Positions 10,978 to 21,118 of a DNA stretch of 40,941 nucleotides are shown here, piece after piece (the stretch's first letter is position 1; each line of letters starts with the position of its first letter). Made by a program: the position numbers and the translations under genes. The DNA comes from Thraustochytrium aureum (taxonomy: Eukaryota). The stretch covers positions 64,845-105,785 of the forward strand of contig BLSG01000227.1 of the NCBI GenBank assembly GCA_012862495.1, written 5' to 3'. The notes under the pieces were generated by a model. The model did no database searches. It saw nothing but the letters and a program-made list of their open reading frames with translations, and was not told the origin of the DNA.

Positions 10978-13856
10978 ATGTCGGCGGAGCAGCTGCTGCA
11001 GCACGTGTTCCAGACGAGCAGCGGTGCCGTGCGCTTGGCGCGTGGGCGCGCGAAGCCGCGCGCACGGGGTTTGTGCACGTGCCGCACGAGCTGTGCGACG
11101 TCGTGGTGTTTGACCCTGAAGATGACGCGGAGGTTGCCTTTACCTGCCCGGAGGAGCTCGACGGCGCGCTGCCGCCTGCCAGATCGGCATCGGAATGGGC
11201 GCAGGAGCTGCAGGGAGTGGTGGACCAGACCGTGCGCCGCGCGCTGAGCTTGCGGTACAAGACGAAAAATGCGGTCAAGCACGTCGTTGCGCAGGGGTTT
11301 TTCTTCACGAGCAGGCTGCCAAAGGGGCAAGCCCCAGAGCGGCGCACTGCAAACAACATCATGCAGGGCGTCGAGCAGAGGTGCGCCAACGAGGCGGTCG
11401 AGTTCCTGCGGCGCCCTGCGTGGGCCGAGATCCTGCGGGCCGTGGGCCAGCGCGCACTGATGGACTTGTGGCTGAACAAGGTGGTTCTCGTCCGGCGCGG
11501 CAACTCGCACGTCCAGGTCGCCGGCCGACTCTTGGCAGGCGAGTTTCGGCGTGTGGGCACCGATCTGCTCGAGTCGACCGAGACCCGCAAGGACCGCGTG
11601 GAGCGCTGGCGCGCCATGTACGGCGCGACGTTTACGCGGCGATGCCGCCTGCCCGAAACGCACCCGCTGAGCCGCCCTGGGGCATCGGGCCGCGCGCTCG
11701 CCAAACTCATATTCGGCCCCACAAACCGCAAGGCGCCTCGCTCACTGCTACGCTGGCAGCGGCTGTGGGCGACGGCGCTCCTTCACAACCACAAGCGTTG
11801 CCCGTACGGTGCGCTCCTCAACCAGGCCTGCGGCGAGCCAGCGACCGACGACGCGTGCTGGAGCGGACCCGCCCTCGCGCTGGCCCTAGAACCGGCCCAG
11901 GTCAGCGCGTTCCTCAAGGCGGTGATGCTCCGCCTGCTGCCGCGGGACACGTTTGGAGCGAGCTCGATCCCAGCGCGAAAGGCAAAGCGCCGATTCCTCG
12001 AGACCCTCCACGCCCTGGTCAAGCTTCACCGAACCGACACAATCACGGTTACCCAAGTCGTGGAAGCAACCGGTCTGCCGGCCTCCATGGTGCGCTGGCT
12101 CCTTTGCGAGCTGGCAGTCCCGCTGCTTCGCGCAATGCTGTACTGCACGGAGAGCTCGGGCCGCGGCAACAAGGTGTTCTACTACCGCAAGCGCGTGTGG
12201 GCCCGCCTCTGCAACGCCGAGCTCGAGTCGCTGTGCGGCGGGCAACCCCGCGAGGCTGCCGAGGCGCGCTCCGACGCGCTGGGGCCGATACTGGCGCGCT
12301 GCCGCCGCGCACTCCCTCGTCATGCCGTGGCGAGCGACACGAGTCGGCTCCGGTTCGTGCCAAAGGCAAGCGGCGGCCTGCGGCCGATTATGAACTGCCG
12401 CTCGCTGAATTTCAAGCTCACCTTTGTGCACCAAGCACTTAAAGCGGCGCTGAGCAACCCCGAGCGCGTCGCAGGCCTGGCTCGACGCCAAGTTCTCGGG
12501 CTCTGCGAGTTTTACCCTCAGTACAAGGCCTTTGTGGCGTGGTGCCGGCGCCAGGGACACCTCGGGCCGGGGAATGCGGGCTTTCACCTGCTCGCCATGG
12601 ACGTGGAAAAGTGCTTTGACAGCATGAACCAGCAGCGCACGTGCGCGGCAGTGCGCGGTCTCCTCCAGCAGACAGAGTACGTTTTGCGCGGCCACAACGC
12701 GGTTTTCGTGAACCGACCCGTGCGCCGTGTGCGGAGCGTGACGACGCGGACCGTGTCGCTCGAGCTCAAGCGCGCGCCCCCGGAGCCGGCGGAGGCGAGC
12801 TCCATCTTTGAGCTCGCGCGAGCCAGTAAGCGGCGCTGCATCTACGTCGACAAGGCCGAATCCTACCGCGTCTCGAGCGGCGAGATCATGCGCAAGGTAT
12901 CGCAGCACGTGAGCGGGAGCTACACGAGCTTCGGCGGCCGCCTCTTTCGCCAAGTACGGGGCATCCCGCAGGGCTCGGTGCTGTCCGCCCTATTGTGCAC
13001 AGCTTACTTTGAGCTGTTCGAGCGGGAGCACATCGACCCGTTTCTTTTGCCCGGCGCGTCCGCTGCCGCGCGGGATCGGGCCGAGCTCGGGCATGCTCAG
13101 CAAATCCCGACGGAAACGGCACTTGCGCGAGCCAGCGCGCCGTGGGAGGCCGAGGCAGCGCCGACGTTTTACACGCGCCTTCTGGACGACTACTTGGTCA
13201 TATCCAAGGACCTGCCGCGCGTGGTGAGGTTCGCCTCCGAGCTTGAGCGCGGCTTTCCTTCGCACGGCATCCGAGTCAAAGCGTCAAAGTCGCAGCAGTC
13301 GAGTTCCGCGCGCCCGTCTGTGTCATGGTGTGGGCTTGTCTTTAACGCGCACGACTTGTCTGTCACCTTTGACATGGAACGCATTGAGGTCGTGCCGGCA
13401 GGCCAGCACACGCGCTGGGATGCGCAGTCGCAAGCGCACCAACTTCGCCACGCGCTTCAGCTGTTGGCGCTCCGTTGCGACCCCGTGCTCTTCGATCGTG
13501 ACATCAACCCCTTCCACGTCGCCAAGGCCAACATGCGCACGGTGCTCAAGCTGGCCATGGACAAGATCGCCCCGCGCCTCCGCTCCAAGCTGGCGGGAAA
13601 TGTGGCGCGCTTTGCGCTTGGCCTTGTGCAGGCGAGGTGTGGCGGCGACACTGACCTCTCCATGCGAACCGTGATGGCGCTCAACGCACAGCTTGGGTAC
13701 AAGCGAGCGTCTCCAGCTTCGCAGCGGGGTCTTCCGACGAAGCAGGTCCCCGCTGCCTCTCCTCCCAAGAGCAGCCAAGCCCTCCCGCAACGTCTAGCCA
13801 CAGTACCGGATGTGCTTCCGCCAAACACGCAGCTTTGGGCCGGCGACGAGACTTGA
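10978..13856 (+). CDS. TERT: Telomerase reverse transcriptase, about 959 aa after correcting one indel near 11040
   Basis: All hallmark motifs occur in order: TEN/GQ (WAEILRAVG...QVAG), CP (CPYGALLNQAC), QFP (QVSAFLKAVMLRLLP), T (YCTE...FYYRKRVW), 1 (LRFVPK), 2 (LRPIMN), A (DVEKCFD), B' (GIPQGSVLS), C (LLDDYL), D, E (WCGL), and a CTE (PVLFDRDINP). The ATG at 10978 is one base out of frame with the long ORF. Confidence 0.95.
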
Positions 13857-14738
13857 GCCTATGGGTCACGGTGGTGGGCTTTTGAAATGGGCGGCGACTG
13901 TGCGGGGTCGAGACCAGAAGTCGCGGCCTGGCGCAGAGCAGAGGGCCAAGCGCGCGCGATCTATCTGTCTGTGCCGTTCCGCCGAGACCTCGGTGTTTCA
14001 CGAAGCAGTCGACCATTGTCCGGCAACAGCGCCTTCCACTTCGTCCGCGCATTGGACCTGGGCCGTGGCCGATGTAGATGCCGATCTTGCGGCCGCCCGT
14101 TGGCCTCGGCAAGCATCCNNNNNNNNNNNNNNNNNNNNNNNNNNNNNNNNNNNNNNNNNNNNNNNNNNNNNNNNNNNNNNNNNNNNNNNNNNNNNNNNNN
14201 NNNNNNNNNNNNNNNNNNNNNNNNNNNNNNNNNNNNNNNNNNNNNNNNNNNNNNNNNNNNNNNNNNNNNNNNNNNNNNNNNNNNNNNNNNNNNNNNNNNN
14301 NNNNNNNNNNNNNNNNNNNNNNNNNNNNNNNNNNNNNNNNNNNNNNNNNNNNNNNNNNNNNNNNNNNNNNNNNNNNNNNNNNNNNNNNNNNNNNNNNNNN
14401 NNNNNNNNNNNNNNNNNNNNNNNNNNNNNNNNNNNNNNNNNNNNNNNNNNNNNNNNNNNNNNNNNNNNNNNNNNNNNNNNNNNNNNNNNNNNNNNNNNNN
14501 NNNNNNNNNNNNNNNNNNNNNNNNNNNNNNNNNNNNNNNNNNNNNNNNNNNNNNNNNNNNNNNNNNNNNNNNNNNNNNNNNNNNNNNNNNNNNNNNNNNN
14601 NNNNNNNNNNNNNNNNNNNNNNNNNNNNNNNNNNNNNNNNNNNNNNNNNNNNNNNNAAAGGGAGGACGGGAGAACCCGAGCGGGTGCAAAGTCGGGTTTG
14701 GAGTTCTGCGGCAACGTGGAGACCAAGAGGCGACGAGG

Positions 14739-16037
14739 ATGACCCCAGAATGCAGCGGCAGCGGCAGCGACGGTGGCAGCGAAGCAGCGCCGAAACGGCG
14801 CGCAAGGAACGGTGCGCCACCGCTTCTCTTGCGTCAAAATGAGGACGTGGTGCGTTCGATTTGTGGTTTTCTGGGGCCGTTGGACGCGTGCGCCCTGAGC
14901 CTTTCGTGTCGCTCTGCCGAGCACTTGTTCAAGGCCAAGCACTGGACAGCCGAGGCGAGCGTGCTTCACGCGCTGGCGCGCGGCACGTTCGATCCGAGCC
15001 GGTTTGGTGTCGTGCAACTGAGCGCGGCGATTCGGCGCGTTTGCTCCATCTGCGGCTTGGCGTTTCGAGGCAGATTCAACAAGGTCTTTGGGGTCTACGC
15101 GCATCGCTCTTGCATCGACACGCGCCTACAACGCCAGGATGAAGCAGGGGTGGCGACTGACTTTGAGGACCCCCGAGTTACAGCTTTGCCCTTCTTGACT
15201 GTGAAAGGGGGCAGAGGTGCGCGGGGAACCCGGCATTGCAAGGCTGTCTGGCGAGATGACGACGGCATCGTGCCGTCAGCGTGGACCTACGCCCATGCCC
15301 GCGGGCTTTTTGGGCCCCCAGCCGCGCCGGCAGCGCCAAATTGCAGTGACGACGAGCAGGTCTTTGGCCTCGAGAAAGCCCGGCGCCGCCGCGCAATGGA
15401 GCTCACAGCCAAGCGGCGCGCGACAAAAGAGGCGCGCAACTTGAAGCGACGAGCTCTGGCGTCGGCACTTGGCATCAGGCATCTCAAGACCCTTGACGAG
15501 CTGGTTTTGTACAGGCCGCTGTTTGGCGATTTGACAGATTTTATCGCGGGCCGCCAAGACACGCCGTGCACAAGCATCCCGGCGCTCTACCTGAGGGACA
15601 TTCTGTTGCGCGAAAACTGCCTGGTCGTCGTCTATCACGGCTTGGCGTGCCGTTGTGCCGCAGAAGGTGCGCGGCGTGCTGCGCTATATCAGCTCGGCGC
15701 GCTCCTCTGGATTTCGCCAGACCATGGCTGGCGCCGAATTTACGAGTGTTTGGCGTACACGCCACTCTTCAAGGCGTCCAAGTACTATATCGATATGTAT
15801 GCGTGCTTGCCACCCTTGGTCGAGATCGCCAATGCGCTTGCGCTGAGGGAGGCCTTTAGGACAGCTGCAGATCCAATGACTGTGATCGCCCTTCACCGCC
15901 TGAGCCGAGAAGCTGTATTGTCTGCGTTGGTCCAAGCAAACGTAGGCGCTCGCGAGAGGCCTGCGTTTCCTGAGCAGCAGGTCTGCGCGGGGGCCGTCGC
16001 GAGCAGCAGCGCTGCCCCGGCAGGCCCAGCCCCGTGA
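14739..16037 (+). CDS. Hypothetical protein with N-terminal F-box-like motif
   Basis: ATG in AGGATG context at 14739. LLRQNEDVVRSICGFLGPLDACALSLSCR is F-box-like, followed by CxxC...HxxC and a basic helical segment. Confidence 0.55.
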   Translation: MTPECSGSGSDGGSEAAPKRRARNGAPPLLLRQNEDVVRSICGFLGPLDACALSLSCRSAEHLFKAKHWTAEASVLHALARGTFDPSRFGVVQLSAAIRRVCSICGLAFRGRFNKVFGVYAHRSCIDTRLQRQDEAGVATDFEDPRVTALPFLTVKGGRGARGTRHCKAVWRDDDGIVPSAWTYAHARGLFGPPAAPAAPNCSDDEQVFGLEKARRRRAMELTAKRRATKEARNLKRRALASALGIRHLKTLDELVLYRPLFGDLTDFIAGRQDTPCTSIPALYLRDILLRENCLVVVYHGLACRCAAEGARRAALYQLGALLWISPDHGWRRIYECLAYTPLFKASKYYIDMYACLPPLVEIANALALREAFRTAADPMTVIALHRLSREAVLSALVQANVGARERPAFPEQQVCAGAVASSSAAPAGPAP

Positions 16038-16306
16038 GAATTAACCAGTAACCTCGCCATGGCAAAACATCGGTGCATCCGCCGGAGGCGCGGAAGAAGC
16101 GGACTTGGACCGCCACAACGAGTAGCTTTGTACCTCAAAACGAGCGAATCAACAACGCGAGTCTGTCCCCGTCGAGAGGGGCAAGTGCTAGTGGTAGTTG
16201 TGGAGGCCGAGCAAATCACTTTTGGATGGGGGAAAAAAGGGATAGATAACGAACGAGCGGCGAGCAGCTGCGGCCGCCCGAGTCGTGTCAGGCGCAGGTG
16301 GGGCAG

Positions 16307-18292
16307 CTACCACCTAAAGCTCTCAGGAACGGACATTGCCCAGGGAAACTTGTCGCGGAGCGCGGCGGCAAACACCTTTTCGATCGGGAGCTCGTTGCGC
16401 TTGCACCAGGCGACGGTGATGCGGGGGTCCATGTAGTTGATCTTGGAGGTCCCGAGCGCGACGCTCTTGTTGTCCTCCTTGATCTGGTAGTTGACCTCGG
16501 CGGTCTTGATCTTCTTCTCCCAGGCCTCGATGCGGCGCTGCACGTCCTCTGGCTTGGGCTGCTTGGTGAAGAGGTGGGCCACCTTTTTCTTGTCCTCCGC
16601 GTTGGCGTCGTTGCCCATCTCGTCCTTGAGCTTGACGTCCTTGTTCTTGAGGCGCCGCTTGTACATGTGCTGCAGCTCGTCCAGCTGCTCCTTGAGGAGC
16701 TCGATGCTGCCGGAGAGCTTTTCGATGTTGGTCTCGGCCGCCTTGGACACCGTGCGCTGGTGGTTGCAGAGAATGGCCACCTCGCGGTTCGCCTCGTTGT
16801 AGACGAGCACCTTCTCTTGGTCTGGGGCGTAGAGGTCGATCCGCGGCGGGAGCTGCTCCTGAAGCGTGATCGAGGCGTTCATGGTACGAAACACCTTGGC
16901 GCTGAGGCCGGGCATGAGCGTCTTGAAGTGGTCGTTGAGCGAGCCCACGTCGAGCTTGTCGAAGACCTCGTCGGTGGCCTTCTTGCCCTTGAGGAAGAGC
17001 GAAAAGTTCTTGAGCACCTTGGCCCCCACCTCGGCGTACTGCTCCACGACGGGGTAGGTCTGAAAGTGGCGCATCGAGTCCTTCCCCAGGAAGTCGAGCG
17101 TGAGCGACTGCGTGCGCTGGTCCACCGTGACGTGCTCGACCCGGAGCGAGCAGCAGCCCACCGTGTCGGCCTCGTCTTCGTCCTTTTCGTTGCCGACGCG
17201 CAGCGCGAGCCGGTCAATGACCCACATGGCCGTGCCGAGCTGCCGAGTGCTCACGTCGCGCGAGGATAGCTTTTTCTCATAGTCGTTGCGAATGAGCTTG
17301 ATCTTGGACTTGAGCAAGCGCGCCTTCTCGTACTTGGCCATGTCGGCCTTGCCCTTGAAGTTGGAGCTCGCCGCGAGCCAGACGTACTTGGTGCCATTTT
17401 GCACGTTCTCCTTCCAGTACGCGAGCCACGTCACGTCGTGTTTGTGCACGATCTTGCCCCACGAGTGGCCGGGCATCGGGCAGGGCGGCACGGGGCTTGA
17501 CTCGCCGATGTTGATGGTGATTTGCTCGGGCATGACGCGCCGTTTGAGCTTGCCCGTCTTGGGGTGCGCCCCGCGCCCGCGGAAGAGGCCGGGCGGCTCT
17601 ACCATGACGTTGCCCACCTTTTGCAGGTGTCCGTCCACGAGCGCGAACGAGTAGACCATGCGCTGGGCCTCCTGCTCGGCTTTTTTCAGCTCCTTTTCCT
17701 CCTTGCCCATGGTTTTCCGCGCCTCGCGCTCCTGCTGCACGTGTTCGCGCATGAGGGAGAAGTCGAGCTTGTCGAAGCGCTTGATGACGTGGTTCTTGCC
17801 CAGGACCTCTTTGAAGTCTTCGAAGAAGTTTTTGTTGAAGGTGGCCGCGGTGTCCGGGTCGCCCAGCTGCGGGCCGTCCAGGGGCATCTCGGCGTACAGG
17901 GTGGCCACCTCCTCCTGCTCGGGCGTGAGGTCGATCTCCTCCCCCTCGTACCGGAGCTTGACGCCGTGCGGCTTGTACGGCGGCGGGAACATGACGCCGT
18001 TGTGCTCNNNNNNNNNNNNNNNNNNNNNNNNNNNNNNNNNNNNNNNNNNNNNNNNNNNNNNNNNNNNNNNNNNNNNNNNNNNNNNNNNNNNNNNNNNNNN
18101 NNNNNNNNNNNNNNNNNNNNNNNNNNNNNNNNNNNNNNNNNNNNNNNNNNNNNNNNNNNNNNNNNNNNNNNNNNNNNNNNNNNNNNNNNNNNNNNNNNNN
18201 NNNNNNNNNNNNNNNNNNNNNNNNNNNNNNNNNNNNNNNNNNNNNNNNNNNNNNNNNNNNNNNNNNNNNNNNNNNNNNNNNNNNNNNGCCAT
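16307..18292 (-). CDS. TOP1: DNA topoisomerase IB (eukaryotic type)
   Basis: EHNGVMFPPPY, EPPGLFRGRGAHPKTG, ALRVGNEK, DTVGCCSLRVEH, FLGKDS, AKVFRT, ILCNHQR and SKINYMDPR (catalytic Tyr). Likely ATG at 18292; part of the N-terminus is in a gap. Confidence 0.97.
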   Translation of the reverse strand: MXXXXXXXXXXXXXXXXXXXXXXXXXXXXXXXXXXXXXXXXXXXXXXXXXXXXXXXXXXXXXXXXXXXXXXXXXXXXXXXXXXXXXXXXXXXXXXEHNGVMFPPPYKPHGVKLRYEGEEIDLTPEQEEVATLYAEMPLDGPQLGDPDTAATFNKNFFEDFKEVLGKNHVIKRFDKLDFSLMREHVQQEREARKTMGKEEKELKKAEQEAQRMVYSFALVDGHLQKVGNVMVEPPGLFRGRGAHPKTGKLKRRVMPEQITINIGESSPVPPCPMPGHSWGKIVHKHDVTWLAYWKENVQNGTKYVWLAASSNFKGKADMAKYEKARLLKSKIKLIRNDYEKKLSSRDVSTRQLGTAMWVIDRLALRVGNEKDEDEADTVGCCSLRVEHVTVDQRTQSLTLDFLGKDSMRHFQTYPVVEQYAEVGAKVLKNFSLFLKGKKATDEVFDKLDVGSLNDHFKTLMPGLSAKVFRTMNASITLQEQLPPRIDLYAPDQEKVLVYNEANREVAILCNHQRTVSKAAETNIEKLSGSIELLKEQLDELQHMYKRRLKNKDVKLKDEMGNDANAEDKKKVAHLFTKQPKPEDVQRRIEAWEKKIKTAEVNYQIKEDNKSVALGTSKINYMDPRITVAWCKRNELPIEKVFAAALRDKFPWAMSVPESFRW

Positions 18293-18428
18293 CCTCCTCC
18301 TCCTCCTCCTCCTCCTCCTCCTCCTCCTGCTGCTGCTGCGATCGTCCCCGCGCGCGCCAGCTGCAGCTCGCTGCGCTGCGCGGCCCTGGTCGTTAGGGCT
18401 CTGCCTGCCTGCCTGCCTGCCTGCCTGC
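18293..18428 (-). repeat. Microsatellites in the TOP1 5' region: (AGG)12 directly before ATG, short (GCA)n, (GCAG)7
   Basis: (CCT)12 at 18293-18328 and (CTGC)7 at 18401-18428 on the + strand. Confidence 0.9.
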
Positions 18429-18581
18429 CGCCGTGCCAAACAGCCGGCGATACTCGCGACTGCGGCCCATGCTTTACGCTAATGTTTTTGAATTTATGTA
18501 ATGACGGCGTTTGCGAATTACCCGCTATGTACCCCCTACACCCCGCGGAGGCGAAGAGCTCGGTTTGTTCTTCGTGAGGGC

Positions 18582-18687
18582 GGTGTTCTGCTTGTTCTGT
18601 GGGATGCATTCTGTTTGTTCGGTTGTTCTGTGGGGGCGTTCTGTTTGTTCCTTATGGTGCCTTGCGTTCTGTTTGTTCTGTGGGGAT
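18582..18687 (+). repeat. Degenerate tandem repeat, about 4 copies of GCGTTCTGTTTGTTCTGTGGG
   Basis: Read directly: gtgttctgcttgttctgtggga, gcattctgtttgttcggttgttctgtgggg, gcgttctgtttgttcc, gcgttctgtttgttctgtgggga. Confidence 0.7.
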
Positions 18688-19379
18688 CCTTTTCTTTTTT
18701 CAGAATCAGAATGCAGTGCAGGCGGTGATGGATCATGGCGAAGGAAGGACTCGATGATGGTGGGCTTGGGGATCTGGCGGGCTGCGTGCGGGGACGCGGC
18801 GCCGTCTGTCTGACGTGGGCGGAGCCGCTGGTGACGGTGCTGGTGCTGTTTCTGGTGCTGGTGGTGCTGCGGCACGCGGGGCCGTGGATGTGCTGCGGGG
18901 CTTTGGCGTTGTCTGGCTTCACGCAGGCCGCTGGACCGCTGCGCGGCATCGGGTGGCGCTGCCGGTCACGCGGGCCGTTGCCGTCGGCGCTGGCGCTGGT
19001 TGTGCTGTGCTTGGGGCGAGGCCGTGGACCAGCCTGTTGTTTTGGGTTTGGCGTTTTGGCGCTCGTGTACTTACCTGTCAACGGATGTTCTGTTCCGACG
19101 CGCGCACGGGGCTGCGTCCCAACCTGCGTCGCTGCCGAGGAAGATCCATGCGCTTCGGCTCTGCCCGCGCGGCCCAGGCGGCACAGCGGCTGGCGCTGCG
19201 CTCCGTTGTCGCCTCCAACAATCGTCGATCGACTTTGTCGAGTTTTTTCTCTTGGTTTTGATGATTGAGAAGAGCCCCTTTTCGTGTCAGGTCAGGGCGC
19301 TGCGCCGCCTGCAGGCCATCCCGGAAAGGCGCGGCCCTGCGCTGCCCACGGTGCGCCGCTCCGACTTGCGGGGGCTGCG

Positions 19380-21029
19380 ATGCGGGAGCCGCACGGCGAG
19401 GCGAGGAATGTTGCCGTGCTGGTGCTTGGCGATGTCGGGAGGTCGCCACGAATGCAGTTTCACGTGATGAGCCTCGCCAACGAGGAGTGGGTCGCGAGCG
19501 TGACGCTCGTGGGCACGCGCGGGCACCCGTGCGTTGAAGCCGTGGAGAACGACAGCACGGGCAAGGTGCGGCAGGACCTGCTTCGAGAACCGGTGACGAG
19601 CGGCCTGCCGCGCGCCATGTTCCTGCTCTACGCCCCGGTCAAGGTTGTGCAGCAGTCCGCGCAGCTGCTGTGGGCGCTCCTTCGCGCCCCGGCCTTGGAC
19701 TGCGTCGTTGTGCAAAACCCGCCGTGCATCCCAACGTTCCTGGTCGTCGGCGCCGTCAAGGCGATCCGAGGCACACGCGTCGTCATTGACTGGCACAACC
19801 TGGGCTTTACGATAATGGGCCTGTCCCCTGCCGCGCGGCGAAGCCCACTGGCTCGTTCGCATCGCCAAGGTTTACGAGCGTGTTCTTGGGCGGGTCATCG
19901 GGGACGCACNNNNNNNNNNNNNNNNNNNNNNNNNNNNNNNNNNNNNNNNNNNNNNNNNNNNNNNNNNNNNNNNNNNNNNNNNNNNNNNNNNNNNNNNNNN
20001 NNNNNNNNNNNNNNNNNNNNNNNNNNNNNNNNNNNNNNNNNNNNNNNNNNNNNNNNNNNNNNNNNNNNNNNNNNNNNNNNNNNNNNNNNNNNNNNNNNNN
20101 NNNNNNNNNNNNNNNNNNNNNNNNNNNNNNNNNNNNNNNNNNNNNNNNNNNNNNNNNNNNNNNNNNNNNNNNNNNNNNNNNNNNNNNNAGCAGCACGCGT
20201 TTTTCGAGCGCATGAGCAACGCGCTGGGCGGGGCAGACGGGACAAACTTGTTCACCCGAATCGGGGCCAACGGCAAGGCCGAGTCCCGAGCCAACAGGCC
20301 GGCCCTGTTGGTGAGCTCGACGAGCTGGACCCCTGACGAGGACTTTGGAATGCTTTTGACGGCTCTCACGGCCCTGGACAAGCACCCTCGCGCGGCAGAC
20401 CGCAAGGTCATTTGTGTAGTAACTGGCAAGGGCCCGCAGAAGGCCATGTACGTGGCCAAGATGGAGCAGCTCGGACTGAAGCACGTCGTCGTCAAGACGC
20501 TCTGGCTGGAGGCAGCCGACTACCCGATCCTCTTGGGCTGCGCAGACTTGGTAGGTCTCCTTGGCACAGCTCGCTGTTTGCTCGTTCGCTTGCTGACCTT
20601 TGGCCAACGCAGGGCGTCTGCTTGCACATGTCCTCGTCCAACCTGGACCTGCCCATGAAGGTGGTCGACATGTTTGGCTCTGGTCTGCCCGTCTGCGCCG
20701 TCCACTACAGCTGCCTCGACGAGCTCGTCAAGCACGACGTGAACGGCCTCGTGTTCCGCACGGAGCGCCAGCTCGCCGGGCAGCTCGCTGCCCTCTTGCT
20801 CGAGCACGGCTGCGAGGCCGAGTTGGCGCGGCTGGGGCGCGGTGTCGAGCAGTTTGCAGCGACGCGCTGGGACGCGCACTGGAGCGAACGGACGGCTCCG
20901 GTCCTCCGCGCTCTGCCGCGCGCCAAGCGCCCCGTCATGCTGTGGATCGTGCTTGCTGTCGTCGTCGAGGCAGTTTTGGTGACCCTCTACAGACTATCGA
21001 CGACCTCGGCGGGGGAGAGTCGTCCCTGA
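19380..21029 (+). CDS. ALG1: Chitobiosyldiphosphodolichol beta-1,4-mannosyltransferase; frameshift near 19826, internal gap, one intron
   Basis: VLVLGDVGRSPRMQFH, VQNPPCIP, IDWHNLGF, LVSSTSWTPDEDF, VTGKGPQK, LWLEAADYPILLGCADL|GVCLHMSSSNLDLPMKVVDMFGSGLPVCA. Confidence 0.95.
20551..20612 (+). other. Spliceosomal GT-AG intron (62 nt) in ALG1
   Basis: GTAGGT donor, GCTGAC branch-like site, GCAG acceptor. Removal restores the conserved ADL-GVCLH motif in frame. Confidence 0.9.
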
Positions 21030-21118
21030 GCGAACGAGCGGCAAACCCAAGATTCTCTGTGTCTAGGCGTTTCGTTTGTCGCGGCTCAGCAGCAGAGTCC
21101 GAAATCATTTCATTCACG

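Noticed and set aside
11073..13856. Retroelement, retron or Penelope-like RT
   Set aside because: Telomerase-specific GQ, CP, QFP and T motifs are present. There is no endonuclease, integrase, LTR or target-site duplication.
13960..14118. 3' end of a metallo-beta-lactamase-like gene on the minus strand (IYIGHGP)
   Set aside because: Only a short motif next to a gap; not enough to support a call.
16298..17654. Long antisense ORFs over TOP1 (and similarly over ICL, TERT and MMPL)
   Set aside because: These are shadow ORFs expected from high GC3 codon bias, with no recognisable motifs.
18392..18399. Telomerase RNA template or interstitial telomere (single TTAGGG)
   Set aside because: One hexamer is expected by chance. 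I noticed no 1.5-repeat template such as CTAACCCTAA or CCTAACCT in the readable sequence, although gaps hide about 20%.
18735..19268. Hydrophobic 177-aa ORF between TOP1 and ALG1
   Set aside because: Low-complexity GT-rich sequence can produce such Val/Leu/Cys/Gly ORFs, and no family is recognised.
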